A program made the translations under genes and the position numbers. A stretch of 64,000 nucleotides of DNA, taken from Chiloscyllium plagiosum. Taxonomy: Eukaryota. The notes under the pieces are model-generated. The model saw only the letters and a program-made list of their open reading frames with translations, was not told where the DNA came from and made no database searches. The stretch covers positions 76,133,321 through 76,197,320 of the forward strand of contig NC_057719.1 of NCBI RefSeq assembly GCF_004010195.1, given 5' to 3'. Within the stretch, counting starts at the first letter, position 1; the number at the start of each line of letters is the position of its first letter. Of the stretch, positions 1-11,279 are shown in pieces.

Positions 1-104
1 AACGTCGATTCTCCTGTTCCCTGGATGCTGCCTGACCTGCTGCGCTTTTCCAGCAACACATTTTCAGCTCTGATCTCCAGCATCTGCAGACCTCACTTTC
101 TCCT
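1..104 (+). mobile_element. Penelope-like element terminal fragment, cut by the window edge within the hammerhead core
   Basis: Begins AACGTCGATTCTCC and matches the repeat at 10278-10372, 32849-32975, 46727-46815 and 62063-62197. Confidence 0.75.
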
Positions 105-939
105 CACAGAAGTCCCAGATGCTGATTAAGGCCTTTACATGGGAAATTAATTACCATTTAAGAGCCTAATCCAGTGCAATGCAAACCCAAAAAGCTGCTT
201 GTCAAATTCTGAGAGGTCTCCCGTTTAAAGGCATTCAGTGCCTGATCAAGAGATCTGGCAGAAGGAGAAGGCACCAGTGGGCACCCTTTCTTCCAACAGC
301 CCTCCTTCCCCGCAATCTAGCAGTGCCACTTCCATAACCACCAACTTCCTGTCACTCACCCGTGGCCTGAGATCCCTTGGTAGGGATCCGGTGGGAGCAT
401 TAACATCAGCATAGATTGGTCATGGATATCATTCAGCCTCCAATTGGCCAGCAGATCTCAGGGGGCAGTGTTCGAACCCCTGGGATCCTAAATCTGAGGA
501 AGGTCCCAATGATGGTCAGCTTAATTCCAGTAGATCTTTGCCAAGGGAGAGAGGCCGGATCTCTCAACAGTTCCCCAGCCAATGTTAAATTTTATCATTG
601 GTTTATGAATTTCCAGTACAATTTTTAGCAATACTGTTTTTGGGAATATTAGTCTGAATCACACTCCCTTTGGGTATTATTTAGAAGGAATTTTGCCGAA
701 TAGCTTGACAAGATTTTCCTCCCTAACCAGCCGCTGTGGTATCCCTCTTGAACATTTCTATCCCTATTTTACCACTCATTAATCCTGGAGCAACTTGTCA
801 CTGCTGAGAATCTGAATTTGAGCAGCATCCCTGGCGTGGTACAATCTTTAGAAAACATGGAGCCCTTGGACTGACACCACCATAACTCGAGAGTTGCACC
901 ACATGGTTTACGGCATTTGCCTTAGAAATGCTGGACAAG

Positions 940-1490
940 GGGAATTTGGTGCACTGCTTTGTGGACAGGGAGGTCTGGAGGACTTCCCTTTCCTCCAGAA
1001 TGAGCAGACAAGGTCATCAACTAGTGTAGTCCAGCCTGGTCTGCAGTTGCCACTTGAATTAATGTAGTCTCAACCATCTGGAGGAATGCCCAACACAGGA
1101 CTACTTTCTCCACTCTGCCAGCAGCAGTACATCATCCTCTCTCTGATAACATCACATCCAATCTGTGTCTGCTTCTTTAACCACCTCCAGTAAGGCTCAT
1201 GCACTACCAAACTCACTATTGTCCGTAACACCTTCCCTCACTCACTGTCACCCATCCCAATGCCCAACAGCATTGCCTCTGCATGCCCTCTGCGCTGTCT
1301 ACTCACTTGCTTGGGATAGCTCCCCACCAATGCCAGCACTATCAGTTCTGCCTCCCACCTTCATCTCATTTTCATATATGCCTCTATCTTTTTTCCAGGA
1401 GGAAAGCAGCCCACAATAGGGCAGAAAGAATCAGGGCTTCTCACCCCTCAAGAGAAGAGTATCCAGACTCTGAGCAGGCCAGGAGCTGAC
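940..1490 (+). pseudogene. Decayed Myb/SANT-like DNA-binding gene of a PIF/Harbinger-type transposon (copy 1)
   Basis: Remnants FVDRE and INVVSTIWRNAQ. Acceptor ttttttccag ends at 1398 and is followed by KAAHNRAERIR. Intron string GCATGCCCTCTGCGCTG (1281) is also present at 57831. Confidence 0.55.
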
Positions 1491-1829
1491 TGACACTGTT
1501 CACTCTCTGCACTCCTTTCCCACTCTGGGCTTTTCCTGTTGTCTCATTTCTGGCTGTTATTTTCCTTTCTTTCTTTCTCCATTATCTTTTGTGCTGCTAC
1601 TGGGTGGTCACTAGCTATCACCATCTGGTGTCATCATAATGGGTCTTAGGGATGGCTATGTCTTGGGTCACAATCAATAGAAATGGCTAGGTGTTACGCT
1701 GTTTGTAACTTGACTGATGATTGAACATTTTTCGACATATTTACAAAATAATATCATTTACAACAACAACTCTATCCAGAGTTTGTCATGTAACCTCTAA
1801 CATCACTGATGTGCACTGACAATGTAATA

Positions 1830-3945
1830 CAGTAGCACCTCCACTTACGAACTTAATCCGTTCTGGGACCCAGTTCGCGAACCGAAAAGTTCGCGAACTG
1901 AATCAATTTTCCCATTGTTCGGATATTTCCGGAGTCTTTTCTCTTTTTTGTCTCTTGGAGGTTGGTGATGCCACAAGAAAACGATCCAGTGAAACTTGTT
2001 TCTTTCTTTGTTGCAGAATTTTCCGAAAGTGGGACATCACATTGTCATTTAATATGTTCACTGCCCTGTTGGTCACAGTTTTGTTAGGGTGATGCCTCTC
2101 AACAAAAGCCTACACATCACTCCATTTGCTGCAAATGTCTTTGATTTGAACACTTGATGCATCTTCCCTCTCGTCTTCCTCCTCTCCAGAATGCTCCTGC
2201 TGCATAACCTTTACCTGCTCCTGTTGCAATTCAACAAGATCTTCTGTGCTGAGTTCTTGTCTGTGGTCCTCCACCAGCTCCGCCACATCATCCTCATCGA
2301 CCTCCAAGCTCATATTTTGGCCCAGGATCACAATCTCGTTCATTACATTTACTGATGTCTCCTCCTCAAAACCCTCGAAGTCTCTCTCGAGTACACAATC
2401 TGGCCAAAGTTTCCTCCAGGCCGACTGCAACGTACGGAAAGAGACCTTGTTCCATGCCTTATCAATAAGGCTTATACAGTGGAGGATTTTGAAGTGGTCC
2501 TTCCAGCACTGACCAAGGGTCAAATCTGTGTCGTTGGTGACCTGGAAACACCTGACAGAGCCTTCGTATATAATTTTTTAAACTTTGCAATGACATTCTG
2601 GTCCATGGGTTGGATGAGAGGAGTGGTGTTGGGCGGAAGGAACTTTACTTTTATGAAGTTGTATTCAATGTCCAAGTCTTCTTCCAAATTTGGAGGATGG
2701 GCAGGAGCATTGTCCATTATTAGAAGACACTTAAGTGGCAAATTATATTTTTCAAGATATTCCTTGACAGCTGGTGTAAAACCTTCCATCAACCATTCCA
2801 TAAAAATCATTCGCGTGACCCAAGCCTTGCTATTCGCTCTCCACATTACCAGGGGTTTAGCCTTTAACACATTATTGCGTTTAAAAATGCGAGGATTTTC
2901 AGAGTGATAGGCTAACAGAGGCTTAATCTTGCAATCCCCACTTGCATTCATGCACAATAAAAGCGTTAATCTGTCCTTCAGTGGTTTGTGGCCCGATAGT
3001 GCCTTCTCCTCTTGGGTTATGTAGGTCCTTATGGGCATTTTTTTCCAGAAAAGTCCAGTTTCATCACAGTTAAAAACTTGATGTGAGACATAACCTTCAT
3101 CTTCGACAAACTTATTGAATTCCTTCACAAAGTCCTCCGCTGCCTTTTTGTCCAAACTAGCCGCTTCTCCCTGCCTTATTACATTATGGATTCCAGTTTG
3201 TTGGACAAAATTTATCAAACCAGCCTCTGCTGGCTTTAACTTCTTCAACGCTAGCAGTACTTGTACTCGGCGGTGTCGCCAACAAATCACGGTGTATGTG
3301 TAGAGCCTTCTCGCAGATTATAGTCTCGTTAACACTATCTCCAGCAAACTCTTTTTGATTTATCCAGACTAATAAGAATTTTTCAACCTCGTCTAACAAT
3401 TTAGGCCTTTGCTTCGTTAAAATAAGTCACTCCTTTAGCCATGTCAGGTGCCTTTAGTGCCTCTTTGTTCTTCAGGATAGTACAGATAGTCGATTTCGCC
3501 ATGTCGTACTGCATAGTGAGATCAGATACGCGAGCACCATTCTCATGTTTAGCTATTATTTCCTTCTTCGTTTCTACAGTAATATGTTTAGGCTTCTTAA
3601 CACCACTAACACTACCACTTTTCACTTTCTTGGGAGCCATAATGAGGGCTAATTTAATGCAAAAAACAAAAAAAAGCGTAAGAATGATTGGACGTAGCAA
3701 CAAACGATGTTCACAGCGCGCGCCAAAGACGAACTGAATGAGATCACGCGGGGCCCAAGAGCTTTTGCGTTCAAAGCACATGTAGCAAAGCAGAACAATG
3801 ACAATGAAGCCTCGGGCTTTTTGCGTTCATACCTTCTTTCGTACCTTGAATTTCGTATGTACATTGAAGCAAAATTTTACGTACAATCCTGTCCGTAAAC
3901 CGATTTGTTCGTGAACGGGGTCATTCGTATGTCGAGGCGCTACTG
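1830..3945 (-). mobile_element. Tigger/pogo-family DNA transposon with both ends present (2116 bp)
   Basis: Left TIR CAGTAGCACCTCCACTTACGAA versus reverse complement of the right end CAGTAGCGCCTCGACATACGAA (19/22 match). TA at 1828-1829 and 3946-3947. Contains a transposase. Confidence 0.95.
1903..3640 (-). pseudogene. Tigger (TIGD1-like) transposase with three frameshifts and one premature stop
   Basis: Starts MAPKKVK at 3640. CENP-B-like HTH segments (ITVETKKEII, STICTILKNK, ASRGWFDKF) and catalytic motifs FNCDETG, IMDNAPAH, QPMDQNVI. Split over ORFs 3401-3781, 3184-3399, 2520-3290 and 2110-2523; the last frame continues past TAG 2110-2112 to TGA 1903-1905. Confidence 0.93.
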
Positions 3946-3959
3946 TACTCACTACTAAC

Positions 3960-4345
3960 TCTTTACACACCTCTCACAAGGGAACATTTACCTTATCAAA
4001 TTATCAAGTTTCTTTGGCATCTTATACATTTCAGGAAGATCACCTCTCATTTGTCTAAACTCCAAAGTGTTAAAGGTTTAACCTGCTCAATCTGTCCTGA
4101 TAAGATAAACCCTTTATCCTTGGAATAATTTGAGTGAACTTTCTCTAAACTGTCTCTAATGAAATAATATCATTTCTTAAGCAAGTATGTATAAGTGTAC
4201 ATAGTACTCTAAATATGAAACTAAAACAATATTCCAGATAGGAGACCAAAATTGCTACACAGTACTCCAGATAGCAGACCAAAACTGTGCATATTACCTC
4301 TAGGAATGAAATCATTACTGTACACAGTACTCCAATTCCAATAGA
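3960..4345 (-). mobile_element. Old CR1-type LINE 3' fragment ending in a short degenerate tandem duplication
   Basis: Resembles the CR1 RT C-terminal region seen at 23050-23770 and 26655-27345. CAGTACTCCA-like units repeat over 4195-4335. Confidence 0.55.
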
Positions 4346-5364
4346 GAAGACTCATTCTGCAAATCTTCTTATGTCTTACCAACATGCCTGCAGCAACAGT
4401 CGTATTTATGTGCTGCCTCTGCTCATTTCCAGTTCACAAATGCCGTTGTGTACTCAGATATAAAAAGAAACACTGCTACTCAAGTTGCTAAGTGCAAGAG
4501 ATCTTACTTGCAGGCCCAACAGGAAAGTTAACCGAAATGTTCAACAGTGTTATAATTAAGATCCTTCACTTTTTCAGACAAGCAACAACTTACTTTCAAA
4601 GTTAATATGCTCTGAAATATTTGGGTGAAAAAAACTGGAAGTTTCCAAATGATGTTTTTAAAAGAACCATTGAAGTGTTTTCCAACATAAACCAAAAATC
4701 ATTACTTGTTGTGTGATCTAAGTCCCTTCTCAGAAAGGTAAGGGATCAAAGGTTAGTGATTCGCAAGGGTGAGACTTAAAGATATGTTAGGCAGACTGTA
4801 ATCATGTCCATTTACTGCAGACCTTATCATTAAATATTTTTGGGAGCATCTCCATTCATTGAATAATTGGAATTAATTTTCCACTCAATGAAGTTGAAAG
4901 CCGTAAGGATGAATGTTAAGTTCAATTCACCAGGAAAAGACAATGAAACAGTAGGTTCATCAGAGGATACATTTGATCAGAGTTGGCCTGTTTGTATTTG
5001 TGAAAAACAATGCATGAAATTCAATTCCATATCCTTTTGCAGCTGTGTGTACAATAGAAGGCCCTCAACTGATCCAGAGCAGCACTAGGGTAAACATTCA
5101 CAGTTCTGAAAAGTAAGTCGCTTTCAGAAATCAATTTGTCGCTGCTCTAATCTTCTGTATGTTGTAAATCAGAACGGTATGGTTACCCCATGTGTATTGT
5201 TCCAGAATGATTTTAAAAAAAGATATTGATATATATATCAACCCATTTAGTAATATAATTACCCAGTGCAATTCTCTTAGAATCACTCAGATACTCACTC
5301 AAAACATTTTGATGCGTTTAGAGAGAGAACTCAATATTGAAATGTCTCTGCCTCTCTTAACATG

Positions 5365-5540
5365 GTCTCAGACTGGAAAGTTCATGAGTTTAAAAGTCAC
5401 CCGAGTGATATGAGCTCATACTTCATGCTGATATTTCAGTATAGTCCTGAGAGATTGGTTCAATGACAGAGGTGTTCGTTTAGGGTCAAATGTTGAATGG
5501 AGATGTTACCTACCGTCTCACTGAATGGGAAACCCTCTTT
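5365..5540 (+). mobile_element. Highly decayed DeuSINE-like (SacSINE1/AmnSINE1-type) fragment
   Basis: Loose recalled similarity to the Deu-domain SINE head and core; needs alignment. Confidence 0.35.
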
Positions 5541-7480
5541 AACATTGTGAAATAGTAAATGGTAGTATATTAATACACATTCCTTTGAGAGGTGTAAGCA
5601 GCCCGATCCCTAACCGATTTCTACGTAGTTCCTCAACTGACTTACCACGAAACCCTACACTGGTTGAATTAGTCCTCCAGGATGGTCTGTGGCCCATTCC
5701 TATACTATAACGATAAGGAGTTCTTAAGCTTGAATATCTCAACTGATCAACTGACCACCTCCAAGCCCCTGGATCTAGATCAGATAGAATCCTTCAGTTA
5801 TTGTGCCAGCACCACCTAATTGAAAGCAATACCCTAGACTTCGCCAAAAACAACTTCCCTTAGACTATGAGACATGGCCATTTAGTCAAAGCACATGTAG
5901 CGTGTTTGCTGCATAAGCTCATGACACATGATGCAGGTGTGACATTGACATAGTATGGTACTATAGCAACATGTCCATCCGTTGATTGATCTCTGATGAC
6001 AAGTTACCTGGCTTTGTGTCCATGCCAAAGGGCAAGGTAAGACAGAAATGCTGTGAACCTTTTGGATCTGAATGAGGCAGTAAGAAGCAAAGGGCAAGAC
6101 ATGGCAGAGGTGTTATGAGCACCCAAGTTGGAACAGTGTGAGTGAGTGCTAAGAAGCAAATCCTGAGGTGCATCCTGGTCCGATCCATGAGTTAGGTGCC
6201 TGGGAGCAACATTGCAATGCAAGAAATCAGTGGTCTCTGAAGTGCAGTGCTGAAATGGAGAACAGTAGTCTAAGTGAGAAATGGGGATGTGGTGAGGCTG
6301 ATGTGTGTCTGATGCCAACCCATGTGGACAGGGGTTTGTGCAGGTGGCCTCTGCCCATTGCATGTGTCCTGAGATGTTAGGGACTGCTGTCCAAGATAGA
6401 GACCCAGAGGAGCAAGTGATGAGCTGGACTTTGTGAGGTACCGGTTCTGATGTTCATGATGGGAATCGTCAATGTCTGGTTTCTCTCTGCTGCGTGGGGT
6501 GGATAGGAAATATCCTGTAAATAAAGTAAGATTGGGTTCTAATGAGGTGGGAATGCATGAAAATAGCCTCTTGACATTCACCAGTGAAATTCTCATATCG
6601 CTTTTCAAACTTTATATGGAAAATCAGGCTTTTGTCTTTGTCCATGTCAAGAATCCCCTTTTCTTGGTCTCGCCATATTTTTCCAACTGATCCACCATTG
6701 CACACAGTTCCATGTGACCTAAATGGAGACTATTAGTCATCCCCAACAAATGGAAATCATTATGTTATCATCTCCATCAAAACCAATAACCAAATTTTTA
6801 AAGAGTGATGGATTTCCAGTGACTGATGGAAAAATTTGCAGGAGATTTCACATTTTAATTCCTTTACTCCAACAAACAAACTAAAATCAATGTAGACTAA
6901 ACATTACTGAACATTTCTGAACAGGCAACAAATATACCAAACAACAGACTTGTGCATTAACAAACTAATGTACTTGAAATACATCTTGTGAAACGTTCTT
7001 ATTTTTGGCCATGTCATTTTTATGGTAGATAAGTAGTAATTAAAGATTAAGTCGCAAATTAATCTCAGCTTTTCAGCAGGTTCACTTCTTCCTGCCCATT
7101 CTAGATCAAATCTCTGGTGTCCTCTGAAAAGTGTTCCGCTCAGTTTGAGTAGTGCAGAACTGACTTCCATCGGAAAGATACAAATCATCACTGCTAATCC
7201 AGGTCACCACAGTTCTAACAATCAGGATCTCCAGTGATTCCTTTATCCAAGCAATTCAAGGGTTTGTTGGCTCTGATAAAACTGTTTCCCCTATGGGGAG
7301 CTTAACTTCTGACTCCCCACTATTTCTTTGAGAACAGCAATGATTTGTTTCTTGGAGAGTTCCAGACTTTCTCCCGTGATGTCTCAACCCCAGCTGTGCC
7401 TCTTTCTCCATCAAGGTCTGAAAGGTGTCACTCAATTTTCAAGTTTGATTTTCAGTTTGGGTTTCTTTCCCAATAGCAAC

Positions 7481-8205
7481 CAATTCACATGGGCAAGTCT
7501 TCGATCCTGGATGAAAGCTCACTAACCACCTCCCCCCCCCTTTCCAGTTCACATGGGCTGGTCTCCAATCAGAGATAAGAGCTCACTACCCACCCTTTCC
7601 AGTTCACATGGGCTAGTCTTTGATCCGAGATAAGAACTTACTACACCCCCTTTCCAGTTCACATGGGCTGGTCTCCAATCAGAGATAAGAGCTCACTACC
7701 CACCCTTTCCAGTTCACATGGGCTAGTCTTCGATGCGAGATACGAACTTACTACACCCCCTTTCCAGTTCACATGGGCTGGTCTCCTATCTGAGATAAGA
7801 GCTTACTACCCACCCTTCCCAGTTCACATGGGCTAGTCTCCAATCTGAGATAAGAGGTCACTACCCACCCTTCCCAGTTCACATGGGCTAGTCTCCAACC
7901 TGAGATAAGAGGTCACTACCCCCTTTCCAGTTCACATGGGCTGGTCTCCTATCTGAGATAAGAGGTCACTACCCCCCCTTTCTAGTTCACATGGGCTAGT
8001 CTCCACTCTGAGATAAGAGCTCACTACCCCCCCTTTCCAATTCACATGGGCTAGTCTCCACTCTGAGATAAGAGGTCACTACCCCCCCTTTCCAATTCAC
8101 ATAGGCTGGTCTCCAATCCGAGATAAGAGGTCACTACCCCCCCTTTCCAATTCACATGGGCTAGTCTCCACTCTGAGATAAGAGCTCACTACCCCCCCTT
8201 TCCAG
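7481..8205. repeat. 55-bp minisatellite, 13 copies
   Basis: TTCACAT anchor at 7484, 7548, 7603, 7658, 7713, 7768, 7823, 7878, 7931, 7986, 8041, 8096 and 8151. Unit approximately TTCACATGGGCTAGTCTCCAATCTGAGATAAGAGCTCACTACCCACCCTTTCCAG. Confidence 0.97.
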
Positions 8206-8594
8206 AACATTTTGCTTTACTTTAAATTTAAAGAAGGCATTTTAAGATATAACTATCTTGTAAAGTCTTACACTCACAGAAATCAAAATGATAAACACTT
8301 ATGGCTTCTACCATGCTTCATTTACATTTTGCACCTGGATTCATATGCTTCTGCACATTATTTATTGACCGCATGTCACATAATACTCATTTTTTCTGTG
8401 GATACTGATCCCAATGTTAGAGTCATGTAGTAGGCATTTGGTCCCAACTGGCTGAAATACTGGCCATTGGTTTATCCTCAAAAATGTTGACTGCTGGGAT
8501 ACTGGAAAGAGTAACAACTGCACATTACAACAGGGCACTTATATGATACAATGCAAACAAGTTAATCACATAAATTGGTCTCAACTCCAAGGCT

Positions 8595-8625
8595 GGGGGG
8601 ATGGGGATGGGGATGGGGATGGGGG
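8595..8625 (+). repeat. (GGGGAT)n simple repeat with G-quadruplex potential
   Basis: Five runs of at least 4 G separated by AT. Confidence 0.85.
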
Positions 8626-9078
8626 TGGAGAAATAATTAGTATTCCTCATATTCATCAATAGAAAGTACAAATTCAATTCAATTGTTCAGTAACGAAAGC
8701 CGGTCAGAGTGTCACTTAGAATGATGGTGGTGCAGGGATTTGGAAATACCAGAATATCAAGGGCTACTTAAACTAATTGGATCTGCTCTCAACTGACATT
8801 TTTTTAAAAATCCCAGGCTGGTGAACGATATCAGAGATAACACTGCTGTTAACAACAAAATGCTGCCTTTTTCCCTTGCAGTAAATCAGCAGCAAGATTT
8901 AAACGCAGTTTATACTTTTTTGCGCTCTCTGTAGGAGTAAGTGTTTTGAAATATTTCCAATATTATCTTTGCGCTTATGTAATGATTTCTAAGACAAAAC
9001 ATTCCTAAGTATTTTATAGAAGAGATTATGTATCATGTATGGCAGCCATGAATACTTGAAAGAGAACAGCAATGAAAG

Positions 9079-9395
9079 GGGGTGGCATAGAGGCTCAGTG
9101 GTTAGGACAGCTGTCTTATACTACTAGGGTTCTGGGTTTGATTCCCAGCCTCAGGTGGGTTTGTTCTCTCTGTGCAGAGTTTGCACATTCTCCCTTTGTC
9201 TGTATGGAGATGCTCTAGTTTCTTTGCATAGTCCAAAGATAAGCAAATTAGATGAATTGGCCATAGTGTCTAGGGATGTGTAGGCTAGGTGAATTAGCCG
9301 TGGGAAATACAAGGTTACAGGGATTGGGTCGAATCCTCCTCTTCAGACTTGTCAAGCTGAATGGCCTGCTTCCACACTGTAGGGATTCTATGATT
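9079..9395 (+). mobile_element. HE1-like tRNA-derived SINE (older copy)
   Basis: tRNA-like head (GGCTCAGTGG, GGTTTGATTCC), central GAGTTTGCACATTCTCC and tail TTCCACACTGTAGGGATTCTATGA. Confidence 0.85.
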
Positions 9396-9678
9396 TAGTA
9401 ATAATTGGGCAATTCAGCTCCTGCTCTAACTGAATACTTTGAGGGCAATAGCAAATTGGCAGCTTATTTTACACTTTGTTCAATTTTCTTTCCCACTGAT
9501 GTGGATACAAAGCAGGCTAGAACCTGCCCTACCAACAGCCCCGGATGGATTTACTTGTGTTCAGTTTTGGTGTATAAAGGGCAGCAGTGAAATGAAAAAT
9601 AGTCTCTGACAATAGCTGAGAAATGTGACTTGCTAAATTTGTAAATAAAACCCTATTGTTAAAATAATAATTTATTCA

Positions 9679-9992
9679 GGGCTGGCATGGTGGCCCAGTG
9701 GTTCGCACTGCTGCCTCACAGTGCCAAAAGATCTGGGTTCAATTCCCACCTTGGGTAACTGTCTGTGTGGAGTTTGCACATTCTCCCCATATCTGCGAGG
9801 GTTTCCTGCGTGGTGCTCCGGTTTCCTCCCACAGTCCAAAGATGTGCAGGTTAGGTGAATTGGCCATGCTAAATTGCCTGTAGTATTAGGTGTAGGGGAA
9901 TGAGTCTGGGTGGGTTGCTCTTCGGAGGGTCGGTGTGGACTTGTTGGGCTGAAGGGTCTGTTTCTACACTGTAAGTAATCTAATGTAATGTA
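9679..9992 (+). mobile_element. HE1-like tRNA-derived SINE
   Basis: A box TGGCCCAGTGG, B box GGTTCAATTCC, core TGTGGAGTTTGCACATTCTCCCC and pentamer tail. Confidence 0.92.
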
Positions 9993-10277
9993 TTTTGATG
10001 GCTAGTAGATGTATTCAACTTACATATCAAAATCGCAGACACAAGTGCAATGATCTCCCTATTATGCTTTGCCAGGGTTAAACTCATCCCAATCTTTACA
10101 TGTCTCATATGTGTTCATTCTACTTCCTTCCTTTCCACATCATTTCTTCAAAGTTACGTTGCACTGTTTCATTGCAATTGGTGAAGTTATGCTCATCAAA
10201 AGGCAAACTATTGATGAAAGGGATGGCACACGTGCATCTGTTACATTTTGAAGAGTGGTGGGCAATGAAAGGGTGTT

Positions 10278-10372
10278 TGGAGCTTAAAAATGTGTTGCTG
10301 GAAAAGCGCAGCAGGTCAGGCAGCATCAAAGGAGAAGGAGAATCGACGTTTCGGGCATAAGCCCTTCTTCAG
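10278..10372 (-). mobile_element. Short Penelope-like terminal insertion with 11-bp TSD
   Basis: GAAAGGGTGTT at 10267-10277 and 10373-10383 flanks the insert. Confidence 0.85.
10345..10372 (-). ncRNA. Minimal type I hammerhead ribozyme motif with intact core
   Basis: Minus strand reads CUGAAGA-A-GGGC-UUAU-GCCC-GAAA-CG-UC. Helix III is reduced to the palindrome ACGU, the predicted cleavage triplet is GUC, and helix I pairing is weak. Confidence 0.7.
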
Positions 10373-10538
10373 GAAAGGGTGTTACCAATATCCCAAAGTG
10401 CATCCTGAGCTGATGAAGCTCATTGTGAGGAATATGCAATCAAACGAATACTGCGGCTCTTGTGGCACGATGGTAGTGTCCAACCTCGAGACTAGGAGAC
10501 CCAGATTTAAGGCTTGCAAGTTTCAGAGGTGTGTGTGC

Positions 10539-10842
10539 GCGGCACGGTGGCACAGTGGTTAGCACTGCTGCCTCACAGCGCCGGAGACCCGGGTTCAATT
10601 CCCGCCTCAGGCAACTGACTGTGTGGAGTTTGCACGTTCTCCCCGTGTCTGCGTGGGTTTCCTCCGGGTGCTCCGGTTTCCTCCGGCAGGTCAGGTGAAT
10701 TGGCCATGCTAAATTGCCTGTAGTGTTGGGTAAGGGGTAAATGTAGGGGTATGGGTGGGTTGCGCTTCGGCTGGTCGTTGTGGACTTGTTGGGCCGAAGG
10801 GCCTGTTTCCACACTGTAATGTAATGTAATGTAATCTAATCT
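10539..10842 (+). mobile_element. HE1-like tRNA-derived SINE (young, CpG-rich)
   Basis: GGCACGGTGGCACAGTGGTTAGCAC head, GGTTCAATTCC B box and (AATGT/AATCT)n tail. Confidence 0.95.
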
Positions 10843-11279
10843 GATAACATCTTCGAACAGGTTGATTAGAAAATATCTGCAGTCAGAGAAGCTGTCCTCT
10901 GGTGCCAGTATTTAACTACTTAATGCAATACTGTTCGGGTTGCATATAGTCTAAAGCTTCCACTATTGCCTCAAAATCAATTCATTATATTGGTACTTTC
11001 TCGAACGACAAGTGGAAGAAAGTTAGTGGGTTAGGGAAATATCTGAAAACAGAATATAAACTATCTCAAATATATGTCTTACCAGCGGCAACTAGGGACA
11101 ACCTACAAATGCTCAAGAGATGGAATTCATAATGTTCTAATGAGGCCTCACTGTTCAGGTTTCCATGTTTATTTGCTGCATCCTGGTTTCCTGGGAACAC
11201 TGAATGCATGAAACCTCGCAGATTAAAAGAGATAAGGAGGCCCAAATCCCAGGAGGAGAAACAGGACTTGGCTCAACCA

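Noticed and set aside
2520..3290. Domesticated TIGD/CENP-B-like host gene
   Set aside because: Frameshifts, an internal stop, TIRs and TA duplication show an ordinary transposon copy.
7481..8205. CRISPR-like array
   Set aside because: Units are contiguous with no unique spacers, no cas genes are present, and the context is vertebrate.
8882..8936. Secreted phospholipase A2 gene suggested by RFKR-SLYFFALSVG
   Set aside because: I found no downstream exon with the YGCxCG or CCxxHDxC motifs.
9679..10842. tRNA genes
   Set aside because: The A/B-box sequences are SINE heads followed by the SINE core and tail, and I saw no complete cloverleaf.
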